A stretch of DNA of 60,870 bases, filler included, from an uncultured Clostridia bacterium (lineage in GTDB: Bacteria > Aerophobota > Aerophobia > Aerophobales > B3-G15), in the NCBI GenBank assembly GCA_964482715.1. It is 3 parts of 3 records of this genome, joined end to end, with 100 filler letters (N's around TTAATTAATTAA, not from the genome) between each part and the next. Parts side by side here need not be neighbours in the genome. Positions count along the whole stretch, not along the records: positions 23,111 to 42,739 come from CAYZYX010000032.1; 2 more parts are not named here. The stretch is one strand, 5' to 3'. Positions 28,423-37,525 of this stretch are shown in pieces. The notes beneath the pieces are model-generated. The model ran no database searches and had not been told where the DNA came from. It saw only the letters and a list, made by a program, of their open reading frames with translations. Numbering within the stretch: the stretch's first letter is position 1; every line of letters begins with the position of its first letter. The translations under genes and the position numbers were made by a program.

Positions 28423-29361
28423 ATGGCCGGCATAACTGTCATATTCTGGAAGGAACTGGTTGATTATTTTGGAAGCAAAAGATTTCTTATACTCTTTATT
28501 ATTATCTGTTTAACCGGAATTTCCACCGCCTACTTAGCTGGCCAGAACATGGCAAATTTTACGAGATTGCCATCTGAATTTTTGCTTCTGGGATTTTTCA
28601 TTTCTTCTGCAGGTGCCCTGCCTTCGTTTACCTTCTTTATAAGCTTTTTCGGGCCCCTGATAGGTCTTATTCTGGGATTTGACGCTATAAGTTCAGAGAG
28701 GTCAAGGGGAACTATATCTGTAGTACTGTCTCAGCCCGTCTTCAGGGACTCTCTTATCAATGGAAAATTTCTGGCTGGTCTGGCAACCATTGCCATAATG
28801 TTTCTGAGCATCTTTTTGATTCTGTTAGGTCTGGGAATCTGGACACTGGGGATTTTTCCCAACCTGGAAGAGATTATCAGGATGAGTGTCTATTACCTGG
28901 CCAGTGTCGTTTATGTGGGTTTCTGGTTAAGCCTCGGAATTCTGTTTTCTATACTGTTCAGACGAACATCCAGTTCTGCTCTTACCTCCATAATGATGTG
29001 GATTTTTTTCACCTTTTTTATATATATGATCGCAAGTGTTATTGCCGATCAGCTTGTTCCCGTTCCTGCTGTAACCACGCCAGAGGTCATAGCTAAAAAC
29101 GAAGCAATCAGAAGAGCAATTATGCGCATATCTCCTGCTACTTTATTTGAACAGATTGCAACAGCGGTGCTTAATCCATCTGTCAGGATATTTGGTTTTA
29201 TAAATCCTGCCGAAATAAGCGGTCTAATTCCCTCCCCTCTTTCTCTATCGCAGAGTTTGATAATAGTCTGGCCTGAATTTGTGGAACTTGTGGCTTTAAT
29301 GCTCCTGTGTTTTGCTGTATCTTACGTAGTTTTTATGAAACAGGAGATACGTTCGCTGTAG
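28423..29361 (+). CDS. ABC-2 / NosY-like permease
   Basis: LGFDAISSERSRGT..VLSQPV.R...INGKF motif; multiple TM segments. Confidence 0.88.
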   Translation: MAGITVIFWKELVDYFGSKRFLILFIIICLTGISTAYLAGQNMANFTRLPSEFLLLGFFISSAGALPSFTFFISFFGPLIGLILGFDAISSERSRGTISVVLSQPVFRDSLINGKFLAGLATIAIMFLSIFLILLGLGIWTLGIFPNLEEIIRMSVYYLASVVYVGFWLSLGILFSILFRRTSSSALTSIMMWIFFTFFIYMIASVIADQLVPVPAVTTPEVIAKNEAIRRAIMRISPATLFEQIATAVLNPSVRIFGFINPAEISGLIPSPLSLSQSLIIVWPEFVELVALMLLCFAVSYVVFMKQEIRSL

Positions 29362-29523
29362 AAACCTGTTTTGAACCTGCAGCCTGCTTGAGGAGAAGGT
29401 TAGTTAGTTGATGAACAAATTTTTCCTCAAACCACTCAATCATCATCGGTAAGCTCTGCTATAGCTGTAACTGTCTCTAATTCTCCTGGATGACAGATTT
29501 TTTCCGAAATTAGAGAGATTACA

Positions 29524-29551
29524 TTGACCGAAATATATGTTGTGCTATAAT
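29524..29551 (+). promoter_or_regulatory. Putative sigma70 promoter of the Uma2 gene
   Basis: TTGACC-16 bp-TATAAT with a TGn extension; AGGAGG SD downstream. Confidence 0.65.
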
Positions 29552-29611
29552 ACAAGCAGCCACGCAGGTTTTTAAACCTCCAGGGTCAAAACAAAAAGGA
29601 GGTTAGATTTA

Positions 29612-30190
29612 ATGGAAGCTCCTCTTATTGATTTAAACCAGAATATATGGACTTACCAGGATTATCGAGGACTCCCCAACGACGGAAAGACCTATCAGAT
29701 TATAGGGGGTAAACTATTTATGACTCCTGCACCTTCTCCCCTCCATCAGGATGTTTCCGGAACCTTGGGATTTATTATTCGAAGGTTTGTGAAAGAACAC
29801 AGCGTAGGCAAAGTGTATAATGCTCCTGTAGATGTAGTCTTCAGTTCAGTGAATGTAGTTCAACCTGATATAGTCTTTATTTCCCAAAAGAGACTAAAAA
29901 TAATAAAGGAAGAGGGCATATTTGGTGCCCCTGAGTGGATTATAGAAATAACTTCTTCTTCAAGTGAAAAGATAGATGCCAAATTCAAAAAAGACCTTTA
30001 CGAGCACTTTGGAGTAAGAGAATACTGGATAGTTTATCCGGACGAGGAAAAAATTGAGGTATACGTATTAAAAGAGGGAAAATTCAAGTTAAGAGGAACA
30101 TTCTCCAAGAACGAAACTGTGACAGTTAATATAATAGAAAATCTTAAAGTTAACCTGAAGGAAATCTTTTCTTCTCACATACCTCAGTGA
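29612..30190 (+). CDS. Uma2 (DUF820) family PD-(D/E)xK nuclease-like protein
   Basis: MTPAP..HQ, VQPDIVF, GAPEWIIEI.S, K..LYEHFGVREYWIV. Confidence 0.9.
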   Translation: MEAPLIDLNQNIWTYQDYRGLPNDGKTYQIIGGKLFMTPAPSPLHQDVSGTLGFIIRRFVKEHSVGKVYNAPVDVVFSSVNVVQPDIVFISQKRLKIIKEEGIFGAPEWIIEITSSSSEKIDAKFKKDLYEHFGVREYWIVYPDEEKIEVYVLKEGKFKLRGTFSKNETVTVNIIENLKVNLKEIFSSHIPQ

Positions 30191-30242
30191 TGATTCTCCT
30201 GTGTTTTAATGTTCATCAAAGCTCTTATATTTTGATGAAAAT

Positions 30243-30572
30243 TTAACTTAATATAGTGGCTTTTTCCCTTGCCAGTCTTTTTACAGAGGATAAAACAAGA
30301 TCAAGTATTTTAAACACATTTTCATCCTGAACCTTATAAAAAACACTCACTTCCTCTTTTCGAGAGGAAAGTATTCCTGCTCTTTTTAAAGCAGCAAGAT
30401 GACGCGAGATATTGGATTGCTCCTCCCCCAGATAGGGGAAAATCTCACACACACATCTTTCTCCTTTTTTCAAATACTCTACGATTCTGACTCTTGTGGG
30501 ATGAGAAAGTGCCTTGAAATACTCTGCCAGAGCCTCATAAACTTCTTTATCTGTATAAGATTCTCTATTTAT
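30243..30572 (-). CDS. ArsR/SmtB regulator with CVC motif; ATA start or start-codon-lost pseudogene
   Basis: Frame stays open upstream of the track ORF (EVYEALAEYFKALSHPTRVRIVEYLKKGERCVCEI); the only SD-spaced codon is ATA 30572; promoter CTGACA-16-TATAAT at 30633-30606. Confidence 0.75.
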   Translation of the reverse strand: MNRESYTDKEVYEALAEYFKALSHPTRVRIVEYLKKGERCVCEIFPYLGEEQSNISRHLAALKRAGILSSRKEEVSVFYKVQDENVFKILDLVLSSVKRLAREKATILS

Positions 30573-30648
30573 ACAAGTCCTTTTATGATTATATGTTCAT
30601 AAAGTATTATAGATAAGATTTCATTTTTGTCAGGAAAGGTAATTCCCC

Positions 30649-30748
30649 NNNNNNNNNNNNNNNNNNNNNNNNNNNNNNNNNNNNNNNNNNNNNNNNNNNN
30701 NNNNNNNNNNNNNNNNNNNNNNNNNNNNNNNNNNNNNNNNNNNNNNNN
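30649..30748. other. Scaffold gap (100 N)
   Basis: Run of N without a linker. Confidence 0.97.
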
Positions 30749-31509
30749 AATTTTAAAATATTTTTCCTGTGAAGTTTTAATGCCAGGACAAAAAAGAAAA
30801 AAGAAAAAAGAAAAAGCACTGTCAGATTAAGAGAAGAAGGATAAAACCCTTTCTGGTAGAGACTATCGCGTATTATATCAGTAGTGAAGGTAAGGGGAGA
30901 TATAAAGGCAATCGCTTTCCCCCAGAAGGGAAGCATCTCAACAGGAATAAATATCCCGCTTATGAATATAAGGGGAAATCTCACAAGAGCGGAAAGCATC
31001 ATTATTTGGGAGGGAGCCTCTGTGGCAGGGGCAGCAAGAAGCGTACCAAGTGAGGAAAAACAAAAGGCTGAGAGAATAACACCCCCGGCAAGAAGAAAGG
31101 GATGAAAAACCTCTGCCTTAAAAATGAAAATTCCTGTTAAAAGAGGAACCAGAGAAATTATTATACCAAAAATCACTCCTGCCAGCATATCACCAAGGAG
31201 GATCGAGGTAAGGGAAAGGGGTGATGCAAGAAGTCTTTCGTATGTTTTTGCATTTCTTTCCCAGGGAGTAATTAAAGGACCAACCGAGGAAGAGGTAAAA
31301 AATAAGGTCATACTAATAAGACCAGGCACAAGAACATCTGGTACAATTTCTCTACCAAGTGAAAAGGCTAAGAAGAAAAATACCGGAAAAAGAATACCGA
31401 AAATAATAACAGGAGGTTTAAGGTAATAAATACGAGCATCTTTTTGTACCACTACAAGAGAAGATCTTAAAGTATAAAAAAGTATCTTTGCGTATCGCTT
31501 ATCCATCAT
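30749..31509 (-). CDS. ABC-2 type exporter permease (3' end runs into the gap)
   Basis: PGLISMTLFF, WER..TYERLLASP, FISGIFIPV, PLTF; start overlaps the ATPase stop. Confidence 0.85.
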
Positions 31510-32452
31510 CTTTCCTTCCCTCTTTTTCAATTAAGGCCACAAAAACATCCTCAAGGCTTGGTCCAAGCATTTTAAGAGAAATAAACTTAAGATTATTTTT
31601 TTCAGCAAACCTTACAAGTTCTCTTATAAGTTTATCAGGCTCTTCTGTATATAGACGGAATTTATCTCCCATCATCCTGCATTCGCTTACATAAGAAATA
31701 TTCTGAAGTTCTTCTACCTTTTCCTTCATCTTCCCGTCAAAGGCAACCTCAATAGATTGAGTCTTGCTGAAGGCACTTTTTAACCTCTCAGGGGAGTCAG
31801 TTTTAACGATCTTTCCCCTGTCTATAATAGCAATCCTGTTACAGAGAATGTTTGCCTCCTCAATGTTGTGGGTGGTTAAAAAAACAGTCTTTCCTTTTTG
31901 TCCCAATTGTCTTATCATTTCTCTTATTATTCTGCTACTTTGCACATCAAGTCCTGAGGTGGGCTCATCAAGAAATAAAACCTGAGGGTCGTGAATTAAG
32001 GACATGGCAAGGACAAGTTTTTGTTTCATCCCTTTGGAAAATCTTCTTGTCTCTTCATCTTTTCTTTCCCAGAGCTCAAATTTTTTAAGAAGTTCTTCAG
32101 CTCTTTTCTTTCTCTCTTTTCTTTTTACCCCGTAAATCTTCCCGGCGAGCATCATATTTTCCCAGGAAGAAAGATCAACGTAAACATTACACACCTCCGG
32201 CACAACCCCCATAATTTTTTTAGCAAAAAGAGGTTCCTTTTTAACATCTATATCACATATTCTTACCTTTCCCCCATCAGGCATAATGACCCCGGTGAGA
32301 ATACGAATAGTGGTTGTTTTTCCTGCACCATTTGGTCCGAGAAACCCAAAAACTTCTCCTTTTTCCACCTCAAAACTTACATTATCAACAGCTACAGTTT
32401 TCCCATAAACCTTTTTAAGAGATGATGCCTTAATGACTGGACCTTCAGCCAT
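31499..32452 (-). CDS. ABC exporter ATP-binding protein (DrrA-like)
   Basis: GPNGAGKTT, FSKGMKQK, LDEPTSGLD, TTHNIEEA, PSLEDVF. Confidence 0.92.
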   Translation of the reverse strand: MAEGPVIKASSLKKVYGKTVAVDNVSFEVEKGEVFGFLGPNGAGKTTTIRILTGVIMPDGGKVRICDIDVKKEPLFAKKIMGVVPEVCNVYVDLSSWENMMLAGKIYGVKRKERKKRAEELLKKFELWERKDEETRRFSKGMKQKLVLAMSLIHDPQVLFLDEPTSGLDVQSSRIIREMIRQLGQKGKTVFLTTHNIEEANILCNRIAIIDRGKIVKTDSPERLKSAFSKTQSIEVAFDGKMKEKVEELQNISYVSECRMMGDKFRLYTEEPDKLIRELVRFAEKNNLKFISLKMLGPSLEDVFVALIEKEGRKDDG

Positions 32453-32774
32453 TTTTAACCCGCCTGCACATTTTTTCTGAGGTTCTGTTTTCTTGTACTA
32501 TTTCTGAAAGAATGTCTAAAAAATCTTTTAATTTGTCAAAATTTGCCGAATAATGCATCCAGTAACCTCTTTTATCTACCCTGACAAGCCTTGCTTCCCT
32601 TAAAACTCTTAAATGCTGGGATACAGCAGGTTGAGAAATATTAAGGAAGTTTACTATCGCATTCACACAGAGACTTCTCTTTGTAAGAAATAAAAATATT
32701 CTTAATCTTGTTGGATCTGACAAAGCCTTGCAAATCTTTACCAGGCTATCTAATCTCGTGTCAATTTCTGGCAT
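32445..32774 (-). CDS. ArsR/SmtB-family transcriptional regulator
   Basis: KALSDPTRLRI, SQPAVSQHLRVLREA, KRGYWMHY. Confidence 0.92.
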   Translation of the reverse strand: MPEIDTRLDSLVKICKALSDPTRLRIFLFLTKRSLCVNAIVNFLNISQPAVSQHLRVLREARLVRVDKRGYWMHYSANFDKLKDFLDILSEIVQENRTSEKMCRRVKNG

Positions 32775-32777
32775 TTT

Positions 32778-32834
32778 ATATAAGTATATTTTTATTTACT
32801 TATATCATTATATCAGAGGAGATTTTTCTGTCAA
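32778..32834 (-). promoter_or_regulatory. Promoter plus ArsR-type operator
   Basis: TTGACA-16-TATAAT (32834-32807), followed by the inverted repeat ATATAAGTA-N10-TACTTATAT (32778-32805) filling the 5' UTR. Confidence 0.75.
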
Positions 32835-32939
32835 GCAAAATAAACCTGATATTAGGGCAGGTTTTTTTGTGGGAAATAAGATAAAATGGTTCACGGGTAT
32901 CCCATTAACACATTATTTACGTTGACTGCAGAGTTTTAG

Positions 32940-32957
32940 ATGTGAATGTTATCACAT
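32940..32957. promoter_or_regulatory. CRP/Rex-like palindrome
   Basis: ATGTGA-ATGTTA-TCACAT (TGTGA-N6-TCACA). Confidence 0.45.
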
Positions 32958-33049
32958 ATAGGTAAAAAGATTGTCTTAATTCATTTTACGGAAAAACAAG
33001 AGATAAAAGACCTGGAAAGTTCGGCTATTATAAAGGGTTAAATTACGTA

Positions 33050-35134
33050 TTAACCAGTTGCCATCTGGATAAGTTTTGTCGTATCGAGAATAGGAATTAC
33101 CCTTCCGTCCCCCAGAATTGTTGCTCCCGCAACTCCTGGAGTATTGGCTACAATCCCTTCAAGCGGCTTAATAACGATTTCTTCTTGACTGTGCAGCTTG
33201 TCAACAATTAGACCCACCTCTTTTCCTTCTGCCTGAATGACAACTATGGAAAACCACCTGTCTGAATTTGTCCTGATATTGATATTGAGAAGATCCCGCA
33301 GGTCAACCACACCCAGCAATTTACCTCTCAGAGTTATAACTTTTTTATTCAAAACACATTTTATCTCATCTTCTAAAACTTTTACAGTTTCTCTAATTGA
33401 ACTTAAAGGGATAGCGAAAAACTGCTTCCCCGTTTCCACTAAAAGGACATTTGTTATAGCCAGAGTGAGAGGAAGCTTCATGGTGAATCTGGTTCCCTTT
33501 CCTAACCGGGTATTTATCTCTACTTCCCCATTTAGTTTCTTAACGGTGTCTTTTACCACATCCATTCCCACCCCTCGTCCAGAAAGATCGGTAACCCTGG
33601 TGGCAGTGCTGAACCCGGGGAGAAATATAAGTTCAAGACACTCCTTTTCACTTAAAAGTTTTGCCTTTTCCTCACTTAAGATCCCTTTCTTAACAGCCAT
33701 CTCCCGTAGAAACTCGGGATCCATTCCCCGACCGTCATCTTCAATCTGAATTATAACATTTTCTCCCTCCTGAAAGGCAGACAGTTTTATGGTTCCACAG
33801 GGGTTTTTTCCTTTGGCTTTTCTCTCCTCGGGAGTCTCTATCCCGTGATCAATAGCGTTTCTGACAAGGTGAATGATGGGGTCAGCCATTTTTTCAATCA
33901 TCATTTTATCAAGCCGTGTCTCCTCACCGGAGATTTCCAGGTTTATTTTCTTGCCTTTTTCTTTTGACAGGTCCCTTACCAGTCGTGGAAATCTGCCAAA
34001 AAGTGTTTTAATGGGATGCATGTGAAGCTCTGTAACTGTCATTTGCAACTCGGTGGTTATTCTACGCATGGTCTGTGCTGCCTCTTTTATCTCCTGACAC
34101 AACCTGGAAACTTCTCTTCCTTCTTCAATTTTATGCACAATGGAGTAGAAAGTGCTGCGGTTTATCACCAGTTCTCCTACCAGATTCATAAGCTTGTCTA
34201 ATTTTGCCTCGGGAACTCTTATTGTTTTCTCTACAATCTCTTTTTTATCCTTAGAGATGGTTTTTGCGAGAGTTTCTGGCAGAATTTTTTCTCTGTCTTC
34301 TTCAAAAATTTTTTCCATCTTCTCTATGATATCTCGAAAATTAAAATCCCTGGTTTTACCTTTCTCGTAATTCTGCATGAACTGAACCAGAACCTGATAT
34401 CCTGACTTGAAACCTTCAAGAAGTCTGGATGAAACAGGTATTCTGTTATCCCTGATCTTTTGCAGGATCTCTTCCAGTTTTTGAGCCAGGAGCTTAACCT
34501 GGGTTAATTTCATGTAGTCGGAGGAACTTTTTAGGGAGTGAGCTGCTCTGAAAAGACCATCAATAAAATCAAAGTTGGATGGGTCCTTTTCAAGACCCTG
34601 TAAACATTCCTCAATGGTTGAAAGATGCTGGTAGGCAGCTTTAAGGAATATCTCCTTTTCTTTATCTGGTTCCTCTTTCTCTCTAAAGTTCTCTGCTCTT
34701 TCTTTAACCTCCTTTTTTTTCTCCTGGACTTTCTGCAAATTGCAGATAAGTTCATTAACTTCTTCAAGAGAATAACTGGTTATTTTCTTTATCTTTTCCT
34801 CCTGTCCACTGGCTACATCTTCAACAAGTGACCTGAGCAGATCCATTCCCTTAAAGAGAAGGTCAATGATCTCCGAATTAACCTTCAATTCACCCTTACG
34901 CAATTTGTCCAGAATATTCTCCAGCTTATGGGATAGTTCAGTTATCTGGACAAGACCCAAAAAGGAAGAAGAGCCTTTTATAGTATGGAAGGTACGAAAT
35001 ATGGCATTTAAAAGTTCCTGATCTTCTGGATTTTTTTCCAGCTGGAGTAATTTTGGCTCCAGACTTTCAAGATGTTCTCGTGATTCAGTTACAAATTCCC
35101 CTACTATCTCAGGGTCACTCAAAAACTCGTTCAT
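33050..35134 (-). CDS. cheA: Chemotaxis histidine kinase with two Hpt domains
   Basis: Hpt1 FRTFHTIKG, Hpt2 FRAAHSLKS, dimerisation LMNLVGELVI, HATPase RNAIDHGIE/DDGRG/SGRGVGMD, C-terminal CheW-like domain. Confidence 0.95.
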   Translation of the reverse strand: MNEFLSDPEIVGEFVTESREHLESLEPKLLQLEKNPEDQELLNAIFRTFHTIKGSSSFLGLVQITELSHKLENILDKLRKGELKVNSEIIDLLFKGMDLLRSLVEDVASGQEEKIKKITSYSLEEVNELICNLQKVQEKKKEVKERAENFREKEEPDKEKEIFLKAAYQHLSTIEECLQGLEKDPSNFDFIDGLFRAAHSLKSSSDYMKLTQVKLLAQKLEEILQKIRDNRIPVSSRLLEGFKSGYQVLVQFMQNYEKGKTRDFNFRDIIEKMEKIFEEDREKILPETLAKTISKDKKEIVEKTIRVPEAKLDKLMNLVGELVINRSTFYSIVHKIEEGREVSRLCQEIKEAAQTMRRITTELQMTVTELHMHPIKTLFGRFPRLVRDLSKEKGKKINLEISGEETRLDKMMIEKMADPIIHLVRNAIDHGIETPEERKAKGKNPCGTIKLSAFQEGENVIIQIEDDGRGMDPEFLREMAVKKGILSEEKAKLLSEKECLELIFLPGFSTATRVTDLSGRGVGMDVVKDTVKKLNGEVEINTRLGKGTRFTMKLPLTLAITNVLLVETGKQFFAIPLSSIRETVKVLEDEIKCVLNKKVITLRGKLLGVVDLRDLLNINIRTNSDRWFSIVVIQAEGKEVGLIVDKLHSQEEIVIKPLEGIVANTPGVAGATILGDGRVIPILDTTKLIQMATG

Positions 35135-35158
35135 ATTCTTCCTCTTTTTTAAGAAAAA

Positions 35159-35524
35159 TTAGTCAAGAAGCATTTTTACATTCATCACCAGTGTTTTGGG
35201 ATCGGTTGGCTTCACAAGATATACATTTGCTCCTGCTTTAAGCCCCTTTTCTCTGTCCTCTTCCTCTTCCTCGCTGGTTACAATGATAATGGGCAGGTCC
35301 CGGTAAATATCCTGTTTTCTCAGTATCTCAATCATCTTTAATCCGTCCATTTTGGGCATATTTATATCCGCCACCACCAGGTCAAAATTTTTCCTGTAAA
35401 GTTTTTCCAGAGCTTCTATTCCGTTTGCGGCTGTATCAACCTCAAATCCAGCCGATTGGAGAATAAAAGATTGCAGTGCTCTTATTGTTGCTGAATCATC
35501 CACCACAAGAATACTTTTTTTCAT
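35159..35524 (-). CDS. cheY: Single-domain response regulator (CheY-like)
   Basis: ILVVDDS, DINMPKMDG, YLVKP. Confidence 0.85.
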   Translation of the reverse strand: MKKSILVVDDSATIRALQSFILQSAGFEVDTAANGIEALEKLYRKNFDLVVADINMPKMDGLKMIEILRKQDIYRDLPIIIVTSEEEEEDREKGLKAGANVYLVKPTDPKTLVMNVKMLLD

Positions 35525-35544
35525 CTTAATCTATCCCTCCTTTT

Positions 35545-36375
35545 TTATTCTTTCATGTAGGCAAGGCCATTTTTAAACCTGACCAGTTTAAAGGCTGCAC
35601 TGAGCCTTGAAATAGATTCACTTGAACCAAGAAAAATAAACCCGCCTTTATTAAGTGCATCATAGAAATAACTTATCACTTTCTTGCTACTTTCAAAATC
35701 AAAGTATATGAGCACGTTTCTGCAGAATATAAAATCAAACCCTCTCATCACCCTCATTTTGTTATCATCTACCAGATTAAAGTAATCAAATCTAACCAGT
35801 TTTTTAACCTGAGGTTTAACCTGATAGTGAGTACTGGTAGAAATAAAATACTTTTTCCTGTATTCATAGGGAACGTCCTTTACCGATCTGGGAGAATAAA
35901 TAGCCTCCTGACATCTCTGGAGAGCTTTTTTGCTTATATCGGTGCCCAGTATGTCCACACTCCAGGAAATTAAATCCTCTATCATCTCCAGAAGAATAAT
36001 GGCAATGGTGTAGGGCTCTTCTCCTGTTGAACAACCTGCACTCCATATTTTGAGAGTTTTACTGTATTTCTGCCTCTTGGTATTACAAACAAGGGGTAGA
36101 ATCTCTTCGGCAAACATCTTGAGCTGAGGATAATCACGAAAAAAATAGGTTTCCGGAATAGTTATACTGCTTATAAAGCTGGAAAACTCCTCAGCATCAG
36201 TATTGATCAGGTGCCAGTATTCCTGTGGATCTGCCAGGCCCCGCTCTTCCATTCGCGAGGATATTCTTGACTCCAGAAAATATTTTTTTCTTTCATCAAA
36301 AAATATCCCTGTTTTTCTATTGATAAAACTCTGGAATAACTTGAAATCCTTTTGAGAAAGACCGATTATTTCCAT
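35545..36375 (-). CDS. cheR: Chemotaxis methyltransferase
   Basis: ETYFFRD, IWSAGCSTGEEPY, IFCRNVLIYFD, LGSSES. Confidence 0.93.
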   Translation of the reverse strand: MEIIGLSQKDFKLFQSFINRKTGIFFDERKKYFLESRISSRMEERGLADPQEYWHLINTDAEEFSSFISSITIPETYFFRDYPQLKMFAEEILPLVCNTKRQKYSKTLKIWSAGCSTGEEPYTIAIILLEMIEDLISWSVDILGTDISKKALQRCQEAIYSPRSVKDVPYEYRKKYFISTSTHYQVKPQVKKLVRFDYFNLVDDNKMRVMRGFDFIFCRNVLIYFDFESSKKVISYFYDALNKGGFIFLGSSESISRLSAAFKLVRFKNGLAYMKE

Positions 36376-36392
36376 GGGAAAACTCCTTATTG

Positions 36393-37514
36393 TCAGTCAC
36401 TTAACTCTTGGGAAAACCAGCCGAGTTTTTCAAGTGCTTTGCAGGCAAGTTTTCTTATCTTCTCATCGTTGTCATAAATGAGAGTTTCCAAAAGCTCCCT
36501 TGCATTTTCCTTTGCCTCAAATGGAAGACCGGTAAGTTCAGGGTCAATTTGAAGCAAAGCTTTCATAGCTTGCTCTCTTGTCTTTTCATCGTGCTCGTCC
36601 AAGAGACAAACTAAAAGCGGTACAGCTTTTCTATCCCTGGCAACACCGAGAAGTAAAGCTGCGTTCTTTTTTACCCCCCAGGTAGGCTCTTTAAGAAAAC
36701 CACGGATAACATCAAGCTTTTTCGGTTCCTTCCGAAGTATTTCCCGGATTTTTTCCGGAGCTTCCATAGCTATTCTGGCAAGAGTCTCCAGAGCTGCGCT
36801 ACTTAGAGGAGGCGAGTCCAGCCACATGAAAAGCTTTCTTACCATTTGAATATCCTTTATTTCACCAAAGGCTTTAATTAAAGCAAAAAGTATTAGCGGT
36901 TCCTTGCTTGAGGAAAGTTTCATCAAAACTTTGGTTGCCTGAGGGTCTTTTATCTTCCCCAGTGCCTCCACAGCGTAGCAGGTAAGCCATTTATCCTTTT
37001 TTTCAGTTATTACTCTGATGAGTGCTCCGGTGGCAGTTTTATCCCGTATATTTCCAAGTGCTTCACAGGCAGCACAGGCAACATTTATATGGGGGTCATC
37101 CAGAGCTAAAATAAGATAAGCAGTTGCCCTGGAATTTTTGATATTTCCCAGCATATCACAGGCAAACTTTCGGATATCATGGTTTTTATCCTGGAGAAGA
37201 GAAGCAATATCCTCCACAGCTTTTTCTCCTATTTCTTCCAGAATTTCAATAGCCATGTTGCGGATATAAACTTCTTCAGAGTAAAGCAGGGATATAAGTT
37301 TTTGGATCACCTCTTTTCTGTCAATTTTTTTTAATGCACCAGCTGCTGCCTCTCTAACAGCACCGCATGGATCCTGGAGAAGTGTTATTAAAACTCTAAC
37401 ACCTCCTTTGTTCTTTAGATCACCAAGAAGATGGGCTGCCTCTCTTCTTTCTTCCTCATCCTCACTTTTAGCCATCTTTTCCAACCGGGTAAATTTTAAA
37501 TCCCTGTCATCCAT
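36393..37514 (-). CDS. HEAT/PBS-lyase repeat protein
   Basis: Repeated L..LL.D....VR..A..ALG.I units. Confidence 0.88.
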   Translation of the reverse strand: MDDRDLKFTRLEKMAKSEDEEERREAAHLLGDLKNKGGVRVLITLLQDPCGAVREAAAGALKKIDRKEVIQKLISLLYSEEVYIRNMAIEILEEIGEKAVEDIASLLQDKNHDIRKFACDMLGNIKNSRATAYLILALDDPHINVACAACEALGNIRDKTATGALIRVITEKKDKWLTCYAVEALGKIKDPQATKVLMKLSSSKEPLILFALIKAFGEIKDIQMVRKLFMWLDSPPLSSAALETLARIAMEAPEKIREILRKEPKKLDVIRGFLKEPTWGVKKNAALLLGVARDRKAVPLLVCLLDEHDEKTREQAMKALLQIDPELTGLPFEAKENARELLETLIYDNDEKIRKLACKALEKLGWFSQELSD

Positions 37515-37525
37515 TTAAAACCTCC

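Noticed and set aside
29440..29510. Minus-strand peptide ICHPGELETVTAIAELTDDD resembling a PIN/DUF3368 fragment
   Set aside because: Too short and degenerate to support by eye
29612..30190. Uma2 nuclease as a Cas4 or defence gene linked to the array
   Set aside because: It is on a different contig, lacks the Cas4 Fe-S cysteines, and belongs to a common multicopy family
30607..30830. ORFs spanning the 100-N gap
   Set aside because: The frame across Ns is meaningless; the permease is reported only up to the gap
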